Assembly (NCBI GenBank): GCA_049294435.1 | Contig: JBAQCU010000020.1 | Span: 13,110-77,109, forward strand | Source: Minisyncoccia bacterium | Lineage (GTDB): Bacteria; Patescibacteriota; Minisyncoccia; Phycocordibacterales; UBA1550 | DNA: 64,000 nt | Reading direction: 5' to 3' | Shown here: piece after piece, positions 1-9,604 of the stretch | Layout of the letters: the number at the start of each line of letters is the position of its first letter | Position numbering within the stretch: the first letter of the stretch is position 1 | Notes under the pieces: generated by a model | What the model saw: only the letters and a program-made list of their open reading frames with translations | What the model was told of the DNA's origin: nothing | Database searches by the model: none | Program-made: the position numbers and the translations under genes

Positions 1-1643
1 CACCCGCAGAATACGAAAAGGAGAATATGAAGCTTTCTGCTGGGCAAAAAATTGACCGCAAAACGCTTATGCAAAGGCTTATCAATATCCATTTCACTCG
101 CACCAACGCCGATCTTACCCCTGGAACATTCCGCTCCATCGGCTCACTCATTGAGATCATGCCAGTTTCAGAAAAGATAATTTGGAGCATTACCCTTAAT
201 GCGAGCGGTATAGATACCATCAACAAGGTAGACCCAGTATCACAGAGAATCATAGACACTCCGGAATCAATTTTTATTTTCCCTGCAAAGCACTTCATTA
301 CTAATGAAACAGAAAAGACTCGTGCTATTAAAAAGATAAAAGCTGAACTAGATGCTCAGCTTAAGAAATTTGAGAAGGATGGTAAGCTCCTCGAGGCTGA
401 GCGACTAAAGCGTCGCACTACATATGACCTCGCGATGATTCGTGAGGTTGGTTATTGCAGTGGTATTGAAAACTACTCACGCCAGATGTCTGGGCGGGCA
501 GAGGGTTCTGCTCCAGATACCCTTCTGTCGTATTTTCCACGTACCAAGGATGGAAGCCCTGATTTTCTCACCATTATTGATGAGTCGCACGTAACTATTC
601 CACAAATTGGCGGAATGTACGCGGGTGACCAGTCACGCAAAAAAACTCTCGTAGAGTTTGGTTTTCGCCTGCCATCCGCAATGGACAACCGCCCGCTTCG
701 TTCAGAAGAATTTCATGAGCGCGTTGGTCAAATGATTTTTACATCTGCAACACCATCTAGCTACGAAAAAGAGAACAGTTCACAGGTAGTGGAGCAAGTG
801 ATTCGCCCTACAGGACTCATTGACCCAGAGATTACTATTCGCCCAATTCTCGCGCGTCCAGGCTTTTCTGCAAGTCCAAGTTTTAAAAAGAGCAAAGACA
901 CACGAAAAGAACTTGAGGATACTTCAAAAGGCGCTTACCCTGGGCAAATTCAGGATCTCATTGCTGAGACAAAAAAGGCTGTTGCAAAAGGTGGGCGTGT
1001 TATAGCAACTACCCTCACAAAGAAAATGGCGGAGGACCTTTCGGAATATTTAAAAGGGGAGGGTATCAAAGCCGAGTATGTACACAGCGACATCAAAACA
1101 CTTGAACGTATCCAAATCCTCACCGCATTTCGCAAAGGCACTTTTGATTGTCTCGTCGGGGTCAACCTTCTCCGTGAAGGACTGGACTTGCCAGAAGTGA
1201 CACTTATAGGAATTCTTGATGCAGACAAAGAGGGTTTCCTCCGCTCAGAAACATCGCTAATTCAAATCATTGGTCGCGCAGCGCGTAATGTGGAGGGGCG
1301 TGTAATTCTTTATGCCGAAAAAATTACTGGTTCTATTGAACGCGCAGTTTCAGAAACAAATCGTCGTCGCGCAATTCAGGTAGACTACAACAAGGAGCAC
1401 GGCATCACTCCGAAAACGATTATCAAGCAAATCAAAGACATCACAGAACACCTTGAAACCGACCATATGAAGGCTGTAAAAATGAATCTTGATATTGACG
1501 CGCAAGTATTTATAAAAAATCCTCAAAAACTTTTGAAGCTCAAGGAAAGAGAGATGTCAAAAGCAGTGAAAGAGCTAGATTTTGAAACGGCAGCTATTTT
1601 AAGAGACGAGATCGCGATGTTGAAGGAGCAGTTGGTTATGTAG
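1..1643 (+). CDS. uvrB: Excinuclease ABC subunit B, C-terminal ~540 aa; 5' end lies outside the window
   Basis: The frame is open from the window edge. Helicase C-terminal motifs are present, and a terminal UVR domain (ELDFETAAILRDEIAMLKEQL). TAG stop at 1641-1643. Confidence 0.9.
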   Translation, partial: PAEYEKENMKLSAGQKIDRKTLMQRLINIHFTRTNADLTPGTFRSIGSLIEIMPVSEKIIWSITLNASGIDTINKVDPVSQRIIDTPESIFIFPAKHFITNETEKTRAIKKIKAELDAQLKKFEKDGKLLEAERLKRRTTYDLAMIREVGYCSGIENYSRQMSGRAEGSAPDTLLSYFPRTKDGSPDFLTIIDESHVTIPQIGGMYAGDQSRKKTLVEFGFRLPSAMDNRPLRSEEFHERVGQMIFTSATPSSYEKENSSQVVEQVIRPTGLIDPEITIRPILARPGFSASPSFKKSKDTRKELEDTSKGAYPGQIQDLIAETKKAVAKGGRVIATTLTKKMAEDLSEYLKGEGIKAEYVHSDIKTLERIQILTAFRKGTFDCLVGVNLLREGLDLPEVTLIGILDADKEGFLRSETSLIQIIGRAARNVEGRVILYAEKITGSIERAVSETNRRRAIQVDYNKEHGITPKTIIKQIKDITEHLETDHMKAVKMNLDIDAQVFIKNPQKLLKLKEREMSKAVKELDFETAAILRDEIAMLKEQLVM

Positions 1644-1697
1644 CGAGCACCGTGTATTGCTAGCCAATACTTCGATTATGTGGTATTCTGGGACACT

Positions 1698-4316
1698 ATG
1701 TCTGAACATAAAAAACATAAAGCACTTGATAAAATCACTGTTCGTGGTGCTCGTACACACAATCTTAAAAATATTGATGTTGAAATGCCACGCGATAAGA
1801 TGATCGTCTTTACCGGACTCTCTGGGTCAGGAAAATCCTCACTTGCATTTGATACTATTTTTGCAGAAGGGCAACGACGATACGTGGAATCTCTCTCTGC
1901 ATACGCAAGGCAGTTCTTGAACCAGATGCAAAAGCCGGACGTGGACGAAATCACCGGCCTCTCGCCATCTATATCTATTGATCAAAAATCTCACTCATCA
2001 AACCCACGCTCAACCGTTGCTACTATTACCGAAGTATACGACTACCTTCGTGTTTTGTATGCGCGCATCGGCAAACCGCACTGCCTTGTGTGCGGACAAG
2101 AAATTAAACGCCTCGGTACCGAAGAAATCATAAACTTTATAATGGATGATGTGAAAGGTGCCATTGGTAAAAAGGCATTATCGGTTCGTATTTTTGCACC
2201 TCTCGTTCGCGGGCGCAAGGGCGAATATTATCAGCTACTTTATGATCTTTTGAGCAAAGGCTATTTAATGGTGCGTATTGATGGTGTGGTGCATAATCTA
2301 CGCGAAAAAATTGAACTCTCAAAAACAAAGAAGCACGAGATAGATGTCCTTGTGGACGAAATCTTGATTTCTGACTTCAAAGGAAAAGAGAAAGGCCTGC
2401 CCGCCACTGCCAATCGCTCCATGGATCAGTCAGGCGATGGCAGGCGGGGCAGAGAGCGCCTCGGTGAAGCTGTCGAAAAAGCAATCGACGAGTCACAGAG
2501 CCTAGTTCGCATTGTATTCACAAACAAGAAAGAAGACATTAAAGACTTTATTATGTCCAATCGCTTCGCATGCCCTAACGATGGGTTCTCATACCCAGAA
2601 ATAGAGCCAAGACTTTTTTCATTCAATTCTCCGTACGGTGCATGCCCTCTCTGTAACGGCCTCGGCACAAAACATTTTTTTGGAAATGAAAATTGCCCAG
2701 ACTGCGATGGCGCGCGACTTCGAAAAGAAGCTCTCAATGTTTTTGTAAACGGAAAAAACATTGTTGAGCTTGTGAATATGTCTATTCAAGATGCTTCAAA
2801 TTTTTTCGCAAGCTTAAAAATTTCATCACGCGACCGTGACATTTCGGTTCCAGTAGTAAAGGAGATCCAAAACAGGCTATCTTTTATGCTTGAGGTTGGG
2901 TTAAATTACCTCACTCTTTCTCGTCGTTCTGGGACACTTTCAGGTGGAGAAGGTCAGCGCATTCGTCTCGCGTCTCAGCTTGGCTCGCGACTCGTTGGAG
3001 CTCTTTACGTATTGGACGAGCCTACAATAGGACTACATCAGAGAGACAACGACCGACTCATTAAAACCCTAAAAGAACTGCGCGACATTGGAAATACGAT
3101 TATTGTGGTTGAGCATGACGAGGATACAATTTTCGCCGCAGATTATATGGTGGATATTGGACCAGGAGCTGGAGTGCATGGTGGCGAAATCGTGGTTGCA
3201 GGAGACCTAGAAGAACTTATTACAAATACAAGGAAATATAAATCTCTCACACTTGATTACTTACGTGGTGATGTCTCAGTGCCAACTCCGAAAAGACGAG
3301 ACACGGACAAAGGTCACCTTCGTATTCGCGAAGGTACAATTTTTAACATAAAGCGATTGAGCGCTGATATTCCGCTAGGTAAACTTGTGGCCATCACTGG
3401 CGTCTCTGGCTCTGGTAAATCCACATTTATGTATGAACTTATTCACAAAAACCTTCAAGCACGTCTTGAACGCAAATACCGCACCGCAGACATTTATAAC
3501 TGCGAAAGTTTTACTGGCACTGAGTATCTCACTCGCACCGTACTTATTGATCAATCACCAATAGGTCGTACACCACGCTCAAATCCTGCTACGTACACTG
3601 GCTCGTTTACGTTCATTCGTGATTTATTTTCAGAAACAGCAGAGGCGCGATTGCGTGGATGGGGGCCAGGTCGTTTCTCATTTAATGTAAAAGGTGGCCG
3701 CTGCGAGACCTGCGAAGGTAATGGCACGATTGCAGTAGAAATGCACTTTTTACCAACTGTGTATGTTACCTGCGATGTGTGTCGTGGCAAACGATTTGAA
3801 AAAGATACTCTTGAAGTAAGGTATAAAAAGAAAAATATTTACGAGGTTCTTGAAATGACAGTAGAAGAATCGTTAAAATTTTTTGAGGACATTCCAGCAA
3901 TATACGATCGCTTGAAAACCTTAAATGATGTAGGCCTCGGATATTTGAAACTTGGACAATCTGCAACAACTCTTTCAGGAGGGGAGGCTCAGCGCGTCAA
4001 AATTTCGTCTGAGCTTTATCGCCCTCATGTGGAAAAAACTATTTATCTTTTAGATGAGCCGACAGTAGGACTTCACTACGAGGACGTGAGAAAGCTTATA
4101 GAAATCTTGCAAAAGCTTGTTGATAAAGGCAACAGTGTAATTCTCATTGAGCACAATATGGATGTTATCAAGAACGCGGATTATGTGATTGATATTGGAC
4201 CTGAAGGAGGTGAAGGAGGAGGACAAATCGTCGCGCGTGGCACCCCAGAGCAAATCGCAGCAAGCCCTCTTTCGTATACAGGCAAATACCTTAAAAAAGT
4301 ATTAAAGAAAAAATAG
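1698..4316 (+). CDS. uvrA: Excinuclease ABC subunit A
   Basis: Begins [17 protein letters not shown]. Two ABC cassettes with Walker A ([18 protein letters not shown]) and LSGGE signature motifs. The ORF track starts at an upstream GTG at 1680; the ATG at 1698 fits the conserved N-terminus better. Confidence 0.9.
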   Translation: MSEHKKHKALDKITVRGARTHNLKNIDVEMPRDKMIVFTGLSGSGKSSLAFDTIFAEGQRRYVESLSAYARQFLNQMQKPDVDEITGLSPSISIDQKSHSSNPRSTVATITEVYDYLRVLYARIGKPHCLVCGQEIKRLGTEEIINFIMDDVKGAIGKKALSVRIFAPLVRGRKGEYYQLLYDLLSKGYLMVRIDGVVHNLREKIELSKTKKHEIDVLVDEILISDFKGKEKGLPATANRSMDQSGDGRRGRERLGEAVEKAIDESQSLVRIVFTNKKEDIKDFIMSNRFACPNDGFSYPEIEPRLFSFNSPYGACPLCNGLGTKHFFGNENCPDCDGARLRKEALNVFVNGKNIVELVNMSIQDASNFFASLKISSRDRDISVPVVKEIQNRLSFMLEVGLNYLTLSRRSGTLSGGEGQRIRLASQLGSRLVGALYVLDEPTIGLHQRDNDRLIKTLKELRDIGNTIIVVEHDEDTIFAADYMVDIGPGAGVHGGEIVVAGDLEELITNTRKYKSLTLDYLRGDVSVPTPKRRDTDKGHLRIREGTIFNIKRLSADIPLGKLVAITGVSGSGKSTFMYELIHKNLQARLERKYRTADIYNCESFTGTEYLTRTVLIDQSPIGRTPRSNPATYTGSFTFIRDLFSETAEARLRGWGPGRFSFNVKGGRCETCEGNGTIAVEMHFLPTVYVTCDVCRGKRFEKDTLEVRYKKKNIYEVLEMTVEESLKFFEDIPAIYDRLKTLNDVGLGYLKLGQSATTLSGGEAQRVKISSELYRPHVEKTIYLLDEPTVGLHYEDVRKLIEILQKLVDKGNSVILIEHNMDVIKNADYVIDIGPEGGEGGGQIVARGTPEQIAASPLSYTGKYLKKVLKKK

Positions 4317-4331
4317 CCACCAAAGCGATGG

Positions 4332-4712
4332 CTATTTAGGATATCTCAATTTTTTTTGGGGTGATACGAGACCCTTCACGTAGTCTGCAATCATTGTGTC
4401 GAGAAAATTATAATTCGAGTACTTCCTCACTGCATCCTCCCATTCATCAGTAAATAGTGAATTACTGATTCCTTCTATCATGATGTACATACTCACATTG
4501 ACCCCTTCGTCTACTTTTAGATCATAATCTGCTTCACTAGGAAGAGAGACTGCGAACATAGTAAAAAATGATGCCTTTTGGACAAGTAGACATCGCATGC
4601 ACGGCATTCGCAAGAATGGCATCCGTCGGCATAAAATATCCAGTGCGTCAGCAAACGTTTCAGGAAACAAAGTAACCGCGAGAACATTTTTGTGAAATTC
4701 ATTATTTTTCAT
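4332..4712 (-). CDS. Hypothetical protein (126 aa) placed antisense between uvrA and uvrC; contains a PCxxC motif
   Basis: Open reading frame only. No recognised domain. Confidence 0.35.
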   Translation of the reverse strand: MKNNEFHKNVLAVTLFPETFADALDILCRRMPFLRMPCMRCLLVQKASFFTMFAVSLPSEADYDLKVDEGVNVSMYIMIEGISNSLFTDEWEDAVRKYSNYNFLDTMIADYVKGLVSPQKKLRYPK

Positions 4713-4779
4713 GACATATCCCTTTTGATGAGCTAATAACCTCTTTAAATATTACGCCTATATATATAGAATGTAAAGT

Positions 4780-6021
4780 ATGAACAAGCTAATAACAAAA
4801 CTCCCTGACAAACCTGGTGTTTACATATTTCGCGGACCAAAGCGCGAGGTTTTTTATGTTGGAAAGGCGACATCGCTCAAAAGTCGCGTCGCTAGCTATT
4901 TTCGTAAAGACCTAATCGCGACTCGTGGGCCTATTCTAGTTGGGATGGTGGAGTCTGCGAAATCTGTGGATTTTATAGAAACAGATTCTGCCCTTGAGGC
5001 ACTAATTTCAGAAGCGCATCTCATCAAAAAACATCAACCAGTTTATAACACAAAGGAAAAAGATAACAAGAGTTTCAACTACGTGGTTATTACTAAAGAA
5101 GATTTTCCGCGCGTTATTACAATGCGTGGTCGCAACTTGGAAACCCGACATCCAAGTGAAATGCGTGGTCGCAACTTGGAAACCCGACATCCAAGTGAAA
5201 TAAAATATTATTTTGGGCCATTTCCACAAGGAAGCGTCTTGCGCGAAGCGCTAAATATCGTTCGGAAGATTTTTCCGTTTCGCGATAGGTGTAAGCCAGA
5301 GCCAAGTAAGCCGTGCTTCAACGCGCAAATAGGCCTTTGTCCAGGAGTGTGCGCTGGTACAGTATCAAAAGCAGAGTACGCGAAAACAATCCGTCGCATT
5401 AAACTTTTTTTTGAGGGTCACAAAAAAACACTTATCAGTGGGCTTAAACGCGATATGAAGCTATCTGCAAAAAATTTGAAGTTTGAGGAAGCGGGTCATA
5501 TTAAAAAAATGATTTTTGCGCTCAACCACATTCAAGACGTAGCTCTCCTAAAAGCAGAACTTACGAGGTCCGACCTCGTAAGGGATTTTCGCATTGAGGC
5601 TTATGATGTCGCGCATATCTCAGGAACAAATGTTGTTGGTGTAATGGTAGTAATTGAAGACGGCGAACCAAAGAAAAGTGACTACCGAAAATTCAAAATC
5701 AAAAACAGCGCCAATAACGACAATGCATCTTTGCTTGAGATGCTTGAGCGTCGTTTTAACCACCCCGAATGGTCAATGCCAAAACTCATTGTGGTAGATG
5801 GCGGTAAGGCTCAAGTAAACACTGCAGAGCGTGCGCTTAAAGAGTGGGGGATTCAAATCCCTGTAGTAGGTGTTGTAAAAGACGAGCACCATAAGCCAAA
5901 AATGTTGCTAGGTGACAAGACAGCCATCAAAGAACACGATAGGCAGATTCTTCTCGCCAACAACGAAGCCCATCGTTTCGCAGTGAGCTTCCATAGGCAA
6001 CTGAGGAGGAAATCTATTTAA
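4780..6021 (+). CDS. uvrC: Excinuclease ABC subunit C, short form: GIY-YIG, Cys-rich, UVR and RNase H-like endonuclease domains; no C-terminal HhH domain
   Basis: N-terminal GIY-YIG (GVYIFRG..FYVGKA). UVR-like segment (KFEEAGHIKKMIFAL). Endonuclease region (YDVAHISGTNVVG). Only 413 aa. Confidence 0.8.
   Translation: MNKLITKLPDKPGVYIFRGPKREVFYVGKATSLKSRVASYFRKDLIATRGPILVGMVESAKSVDFIETDSALEALISEAHLIKKHQPVYNTKEKDNKSFNYVVITKEDFPRVITMRGRNLETRHPSEMRGRNLETRHPSEIKYYFGPFPQGSVLREALNIVRKIFPFRDRCKPEPSKPCFNAQIGLCPGVCAGTVSKAEYAKTIRRIKLFFEGHKKTLISGLKRDMKLSAKNLKFEEAGHIKKMIFALNHIQDVALLKAELTRSDLVRDFRIEAYDVAHISGTNVVGVMVVIEDGEPKKSDYRKFKIKNSANNDNASLLEMLERRFNHPEWSMPKLIVVDGGKAQVNTAERALKEWGIQIPVVGVVKDEHHKPKMLLGDKTAIKEHDRQILLANNEAHRFAVSFHRQLRRKSI
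5122..5199 (+). repeat. Perfect 39 bp tandem duplication (2 x atgcgtggtcgcaacttggaaacccgacatccaagtgaa) in frame within uvrC; encodes MRGRNLETRHPSE twice
   Basis: Copies at 5122-5160 and 5161-5199 are identical and adjacent. Confidence 0.9.
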
Positions 6022-6216
6022 GCATATGGCCCAGTCATCAATTTGTTAATTGAACAACTCATCCACCACTGCTTTCACCCCATTAGAGACGGGTCACGCT
6101 GCGAGCCCCACGCCTGCCATCGCCTAACTGATTCTATTGAGCGACAGGCAGTGGCGGGCAGGTCGCGGTCTCTAACAGGGCAGGCATCACTTGCTGTCTA
6201 CAATTTTGTAATAACT

Positions 6217-6672
6217 TTACACAAAAAGTTCTTCGACGACCTCTTTGACATCAGCACCGTCTGCTTTCCCGACAAGGTCCTTCATGATTGCTCCAGTTAG
6301 CTGACCTACCTTCGCTTTATCTGTCACGCCGAGGGCGTCTTTTTTAGCGAGTGCAACAACCATAATTTCCTCACGAGACATGAGAGTAGGGAGGTAGGTG
6401 TTAAGAATAGTCAGCTCCGCTTTTTCGCTTTCTGCAAGTTCAGGACGCCCTCCATTTATAAACTGTAGAATAGAATCCTTGCGTTGATTTGCAAGACGCT
6501 TGATAACTTTGAGCACGCCCGCATCATCTAAAATGTCCTGCGGAGTTTTACCAGTCGCAACAAGCTCATTCGTAAAAGCAGAAATCATATTTCGCACCAC
6601 TGAAAGTCGCACCGCATCTTTCGCCATCATGGCGGGTCTTATCTCAGATTTTATTTGTTCGTGTAGAGACAT
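6217..6672 (-). CDS. GatB/YqeY domain-containing protein
   Basis: Typical YqeY sequence (EQIKSEI..LSVVRNMISA..LNTYLP..). Confidence 0.8.
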   Translation of the reverse strand: MSLHEQIKSEIRPAMMAKDAVRLSVVRNMISAFTNELVATGKTPQDILDDAGVLKVIKRLANQRKDSILQFINGGRPELAESEKAELTILNTYLPTLMSREEIMVVALAKKDALGVTDKAKVGQLTGAIMKDLVGKADGADVKEVVEELFV

Positions 6673-6734
6673 CTTTGAAATTTGATTACGAATTAATCCT
6701 TACAGTATACAGGTTATTTGCCATACTGCCACTA

Positions 6735-6763
6735 TTGACTTATTATATTAAATATGCTATACT
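6735..6763 (+). promoter_or_regulatory. Sigma70-like promoter TTGACT-N17-TATACT upstream of the GGDEF gene. An AGGAGG ribosome-binding site lies before the ATG at 6807.
   Basis: TTGACT at 6735-6740, 17 nt spacer, TATACT at 6758-6763. The region is AT-rich and divergent. Confidence 0.4.
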
Positions 6764-6806
6764 TGTACCAGTAATTAATTCGTTCTTACACAAATAGGAG
6801 GCAGTA

Positions 6807-7349
6807 ATGGCTCGTACCTTAAAAGATGCAAATCAAGAAATCGTTGTTCTTAGGGCAAAAATAAAAGAACTTGAGGAACTTACTCTGGATGACCTCACCG
6901 GTCTTCTTCGTAGAAAAGTTTTTCAGCTGGCAGTTGAAGAAGAAATTCTTCGTTGCAAGCGTTCAAAAAAAACATTTGCAGTACTCGTCATTGATCTGAA
7001 TTATCTGAAGACAGTCAATGACACACATGGGCATCAGGCTGGGGATCAAATGATTGTATCATTCGCAGAGTTTCTGAAAAGAAATCTGCGGGATTGTGAC
7101 ATCGTTGCGCGAACTGGCGGGGATGAATTTATGGTTTTCCTCCCAGAGCAAAATGCTAAAGGAGCAAACACGATTCGGAGACATCTTCTTGAGACTCTTG
7201 AACAAGCGACGGTGTCACTGCCATTTTTCAAAGGGGCTGCGATTGGTGTTGCAACATACATCAAAACATCCTCCAGCTTCCAAGAAATGTACAAAATTGC
7301 CGACAAGGCAATGTATGTGCACAAGAAAGCAATGAAAAAGTGCGCCTAG
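6807..7349 (+). CDS. GGDEF-domain diguanylate cyclase (180 aa) with a short N-terminal coiled coil
   Basis: GGDEFMVFL active-site motif and conserved VNDTHGHQAGD. Confidence 0.8.
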   Translation: MARTLKDANQEIVVLRAKIKELEELTLDDLTGLLRRKVFQLAVEEEILRCKRSKKTFAVLVIDLNYLKTVNDTHGHQAGDQMIVSFAEFLKRNLRDCDIVARTGGDEFMVFLPEQNAKGANTIRRHLLETLEQATVSLPFFKGAAIGVATYIKTSSSFQEMYKIADKAMYVHKKAMKKCA

Positions 7350-7415
7350 GAACACATGCCAGCGGACTACCAAGAAATTGGTGGTCCGTTTTTCTTTTGT
7401 GATATACTTGGCAAT

Positions 7416-7616
7416 ATGGAACAAGAAATTTTAAACCGACTACAGGCTCAGGATGAACTTTTGCAAAAAGTGTATATTTCAACAGAAAAAACACGTAAGG
7501 CATTTATGTGGACTCTTTATATTACACTCGCACTATTTATACTTCCGCTGATAGGTCTTATGGCGGTAATCCCAACATTCCTATCTACAGTAGGCGGTGG
7601 AGCATACGGACTTTAA
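7416..7616 (+). CDS. Small hypothetical membrane protein (~66 aa) with a C-terminal TM helix
   Basis: ORF with a hydrophobic C-terminus. Start codon choice is uncertain. Confidence 0.3.
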   Translation: MEQEILNRLQAQDELLQKVYISTEKTRKAFMWTLYITLALFILPLIGLMAVIPTFLSTVGGGAYGL

Positions 7617-7620
7617 TAGT

Positions 7621-8841
7621 ATGATTTATTTACTATTTATATTGGCTATAGGGATAGGTGGAATAGCTGGTTTTTTCACTGCCACTTTTATTAAAAATAA
7701 AGAGTTAAGCATAAAAGATCAGGAATTAGCCATTGAGAAAAGAGCATTGGAAGAAAGAGGCCGAGATATAGACCATCTGGAATCACGGTTTAAGGCTGTT
7801 GCTAGTGATGTAATGCGTGAACACTCCAAGGACTTTCTCGGTGAGTTTGAGAAAACACGAAAAACACATAATTCCGATATTGAAGTTAAAGAGAAAAATT
7901 TTGAACGAATTGCGGAAGGTATTAATAGATCAATGGAGGCTGTTGATAAAAACATTATTCAGTTCGAGAAGCAGAGGATCGAACAATCTGGGGCATTAGG
8001 CGAAAGTATAAAGAATGTTCTAGACACAGGTGCAAAAATGCAGGAAGCGGCACTTTCTCTTAAAAATGTTCTGTCATCTTCTGGTACTGTACGTGGTCGC
8101 TGGGGAGAAGCTGTATTAAAAAATTTACTTGAGCAATCTGGCTTAACTGAGGGTATAGATTTTACTGTACAAGAGACAATTATTGGTGACGAGGCTTCAT
8201 TGCGACCTGATGTAATAGTTAGCTTACCAGGAAATTTGAAATTAGTAATTGATAGTAAAGCAGTTTTGGAGGAGTTTTTTAAGGCAGTAGAAGAAAAAAA
8301 TACTGAGAAAAAAACTCTGAACCTAACGAAATTCGCTCAGGATATCAAAAATCGCATAAAGGATCTATCTAGTAAGGAGTATCAAAAATACCTAGATACT
8401 AGAATACCCTATGTTGTTATGTTTATCCCTAGTGAGGCAGCTGTTCGAGCAGCATTTGAACATGACACAAACCTATACAATGAGGCACAAGAGAAAAGGG
8501 TGATGCTGGCAAGCCCAGCAACTATAATGCCGTTAATACTATTAATTGCTCATGCCTGGAAACAACAAAAAACTGTCGAAAATGCTTCTAAATTAGCGAG
8601 TGAAATAAATGAACTTAGTTCAAGATTAAAAGCATTCTTGGGGCACGTTGTTGGGATTGGAGCATCACTTTCAAGCGCGACAAAAAAATTTAACGAGGCA
8701 GCTAATTCTTGGGATTCAAGAGTGTATACTAAAATTGAGCAAATAAATATACTTGGAGGGAACATGCAGATTAGTAACGAGATTCAAAAAATTGAAACAG
8801 AACCTCGTAACCCAGCAAAACTCATAGAAGCACCAAAATAA
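7621..8841 (+). CDS. rmuC: DNA recombination protein RmuC
   Basis: N-terminal TM helix, coiled coil, and the RmuC nuclease-like core (RGRWGE..DFTVQET..PDVIVSLPG..VIDSKA). The ATG at 7621 avoids overlap with the upstream small ORF. Confidence 0.85.
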   Translation: MIYLLFILAIGIGGIAGFFTATFIKNKELSIKDQELAIEKRALEERGRDIDHLESRFKAVASDVMREHSKDFLGEFEKTRKTHNSDIEVKEKNFERIAEGINRSMEAVDKNIIQFEKQRIEQSGALGESIKNVLDTGAKMQEAALSLKNVLSSSGTVRGRWGEAVLKNLLEQSGLTEGIDFTVQETIIGDEASLRPDVIVSLPGNLKLVIDSKAVLEEFFKAVEEKNTEKKTLNLTKFAQDIKNRIKDLSSKEYQKYLDTRIPYVVMFIPSEAAVRAAFEHDTNLYNEAQEKRVMLASPATIMPLILLIAHAWKQQKTVENASKLASEINELSSRLKAFLGHVVGIGASLSSATKKFNEAANSWDSRVYTKIEQINILGGNMQISNEIQKIETEPRNPAKLIEAPK

Positions 8842-9095
8842 AAAAACCGGAAGCAAAAGGGGGTAAGCTTCCGGGTGGTCATGTTATCCCAAGTTGGTAA
8901 AAAGTGGGGACCAAAATCTAGTATCACATCTGAGGCAATACTGGTGAGGGGTAATCTTCACCACACCTCAACTCCAGCTTCACATCAAACATGGTACAAG
9001 ATAGGACAGAGTAACCCCGCACAGGGAGTGAATAGGGGCACTCGCGGTCCTGAGGCAAAAGTAACAATAAAGCCTGCTTTTGTCAAGGGAATACA

Positions 9096-9126
9096 GGGCT
9101 CCCATAGGCGAGGCCTATGGGAGCCC
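9096..9126 (+). promoter_or_regulatory. Perfect 13 bp stem hairpin (GGGCTCCCATAGG-cgagg-CCTATGGGAGCCC) followed by a T-rich tract, 47 nt upstream of rplU
   Basis: Inverted repeat read directly from the sequence. It lies in the 310 bp non-coding gap 8842-9172. Confidence 0.5.
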
Positions 9127-9172
9127 TTAAGCTCCTTGCATTTCCTTTTATTTCGTGTAGAATACAGGAACT

Positions 9173-9490
9173 ATGAATTTTGCAGTAATACAAACAGGTG
9201 GCAAGCAATACAAGGTCGCAAAAGGCGAGACGCTCATTATTGAGAAGCTTCCTGGCGAGCCCAAAGTTGGGGACAAAATTGTCTTTGACAAGGTTCTCCT
9301 TGTAAACGACGGCTCAAAGACTCTCGTCGGAGCGCCAGTAGTTACAGGAGCCTCAGTGCACGCAACCCTCACCGAGGAAGGACGCGCGAAAAAGGTGGTT
9401 GTCATTCGCTACCGCAACAAGTCCCGCTACTTCAAAAAGAACGGCCATCGCCAACCTTTTATGAAAGTAACGATTGACGCGATCAAGTAA
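9173..9490 (+). CDS. rplU: 50S ribosomal protein L21
   Basis: MNFAVIQTGGKQYKV.. is a canonical L21 N-terminus. Confidence 0.9.
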   Translation: MNFAVIQTGGKQYKVAKGETLIIEKLPGEPKVGDKIVFDKVLLVNDGSKTLVGAPVVTGASVHATLTEEGRAKKVVVIRYRNKSRYFKKNGHRQPFMKVTIDAIK

Positions 9491-9531
9491 AAAGGGGACG
9501 TTTGACAATTGACCTGTAACATTTGACAAAT

Positions 9532-9566
9532 GAAGATTTATGCAAAGCGTAAATCTTCATTTTTGT
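9532..9566 (+). terminator. Rho-independent terminator after rplU: GAAGATTTA-N9-TAAATCTTC followed by TTTTTGT
   Basis: 9 bp stem plus a T-run. Sits between convergent rplU and recR. Confidence 0.6.
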
Positions 9567-9604
9567 ATGCCGTAAATTGTTAAATGTCACATGTTAAATG
9601 TTCC

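Noticed and set aside
4332-4712. Possible cytidine-deaminase-like protein, from the PCxxC motif
   Set aside because: No H[AC]E motif at the required spacing upstream of PCxxC. Left as hypothetical.
9091-9126. Similarity of GGAAUACAGGGCUCCCAUAGG to the RNase P RNA CR-I/P4 5' strand
   Set aside because: The segment is immediately followed by its perfect complement (a simple hairpin). The other universally conserved RNase P regions (CR-II, CR-V, the ACAGAA..CCGGCUUA P4 3' strand in the correct order) are not found. Kept only as a low-confidence note.
8875-9243. 122 aa ORF in the track filling the rmuC-rplU gap
   Set aside because: The translation is low-complexity and not protein-like (HHTSTPASHQTWYKIGQSNPAQGVNRGTRG..), and it runs into the rplU start. 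The region is better explained as structured non-coding RNA or leader.
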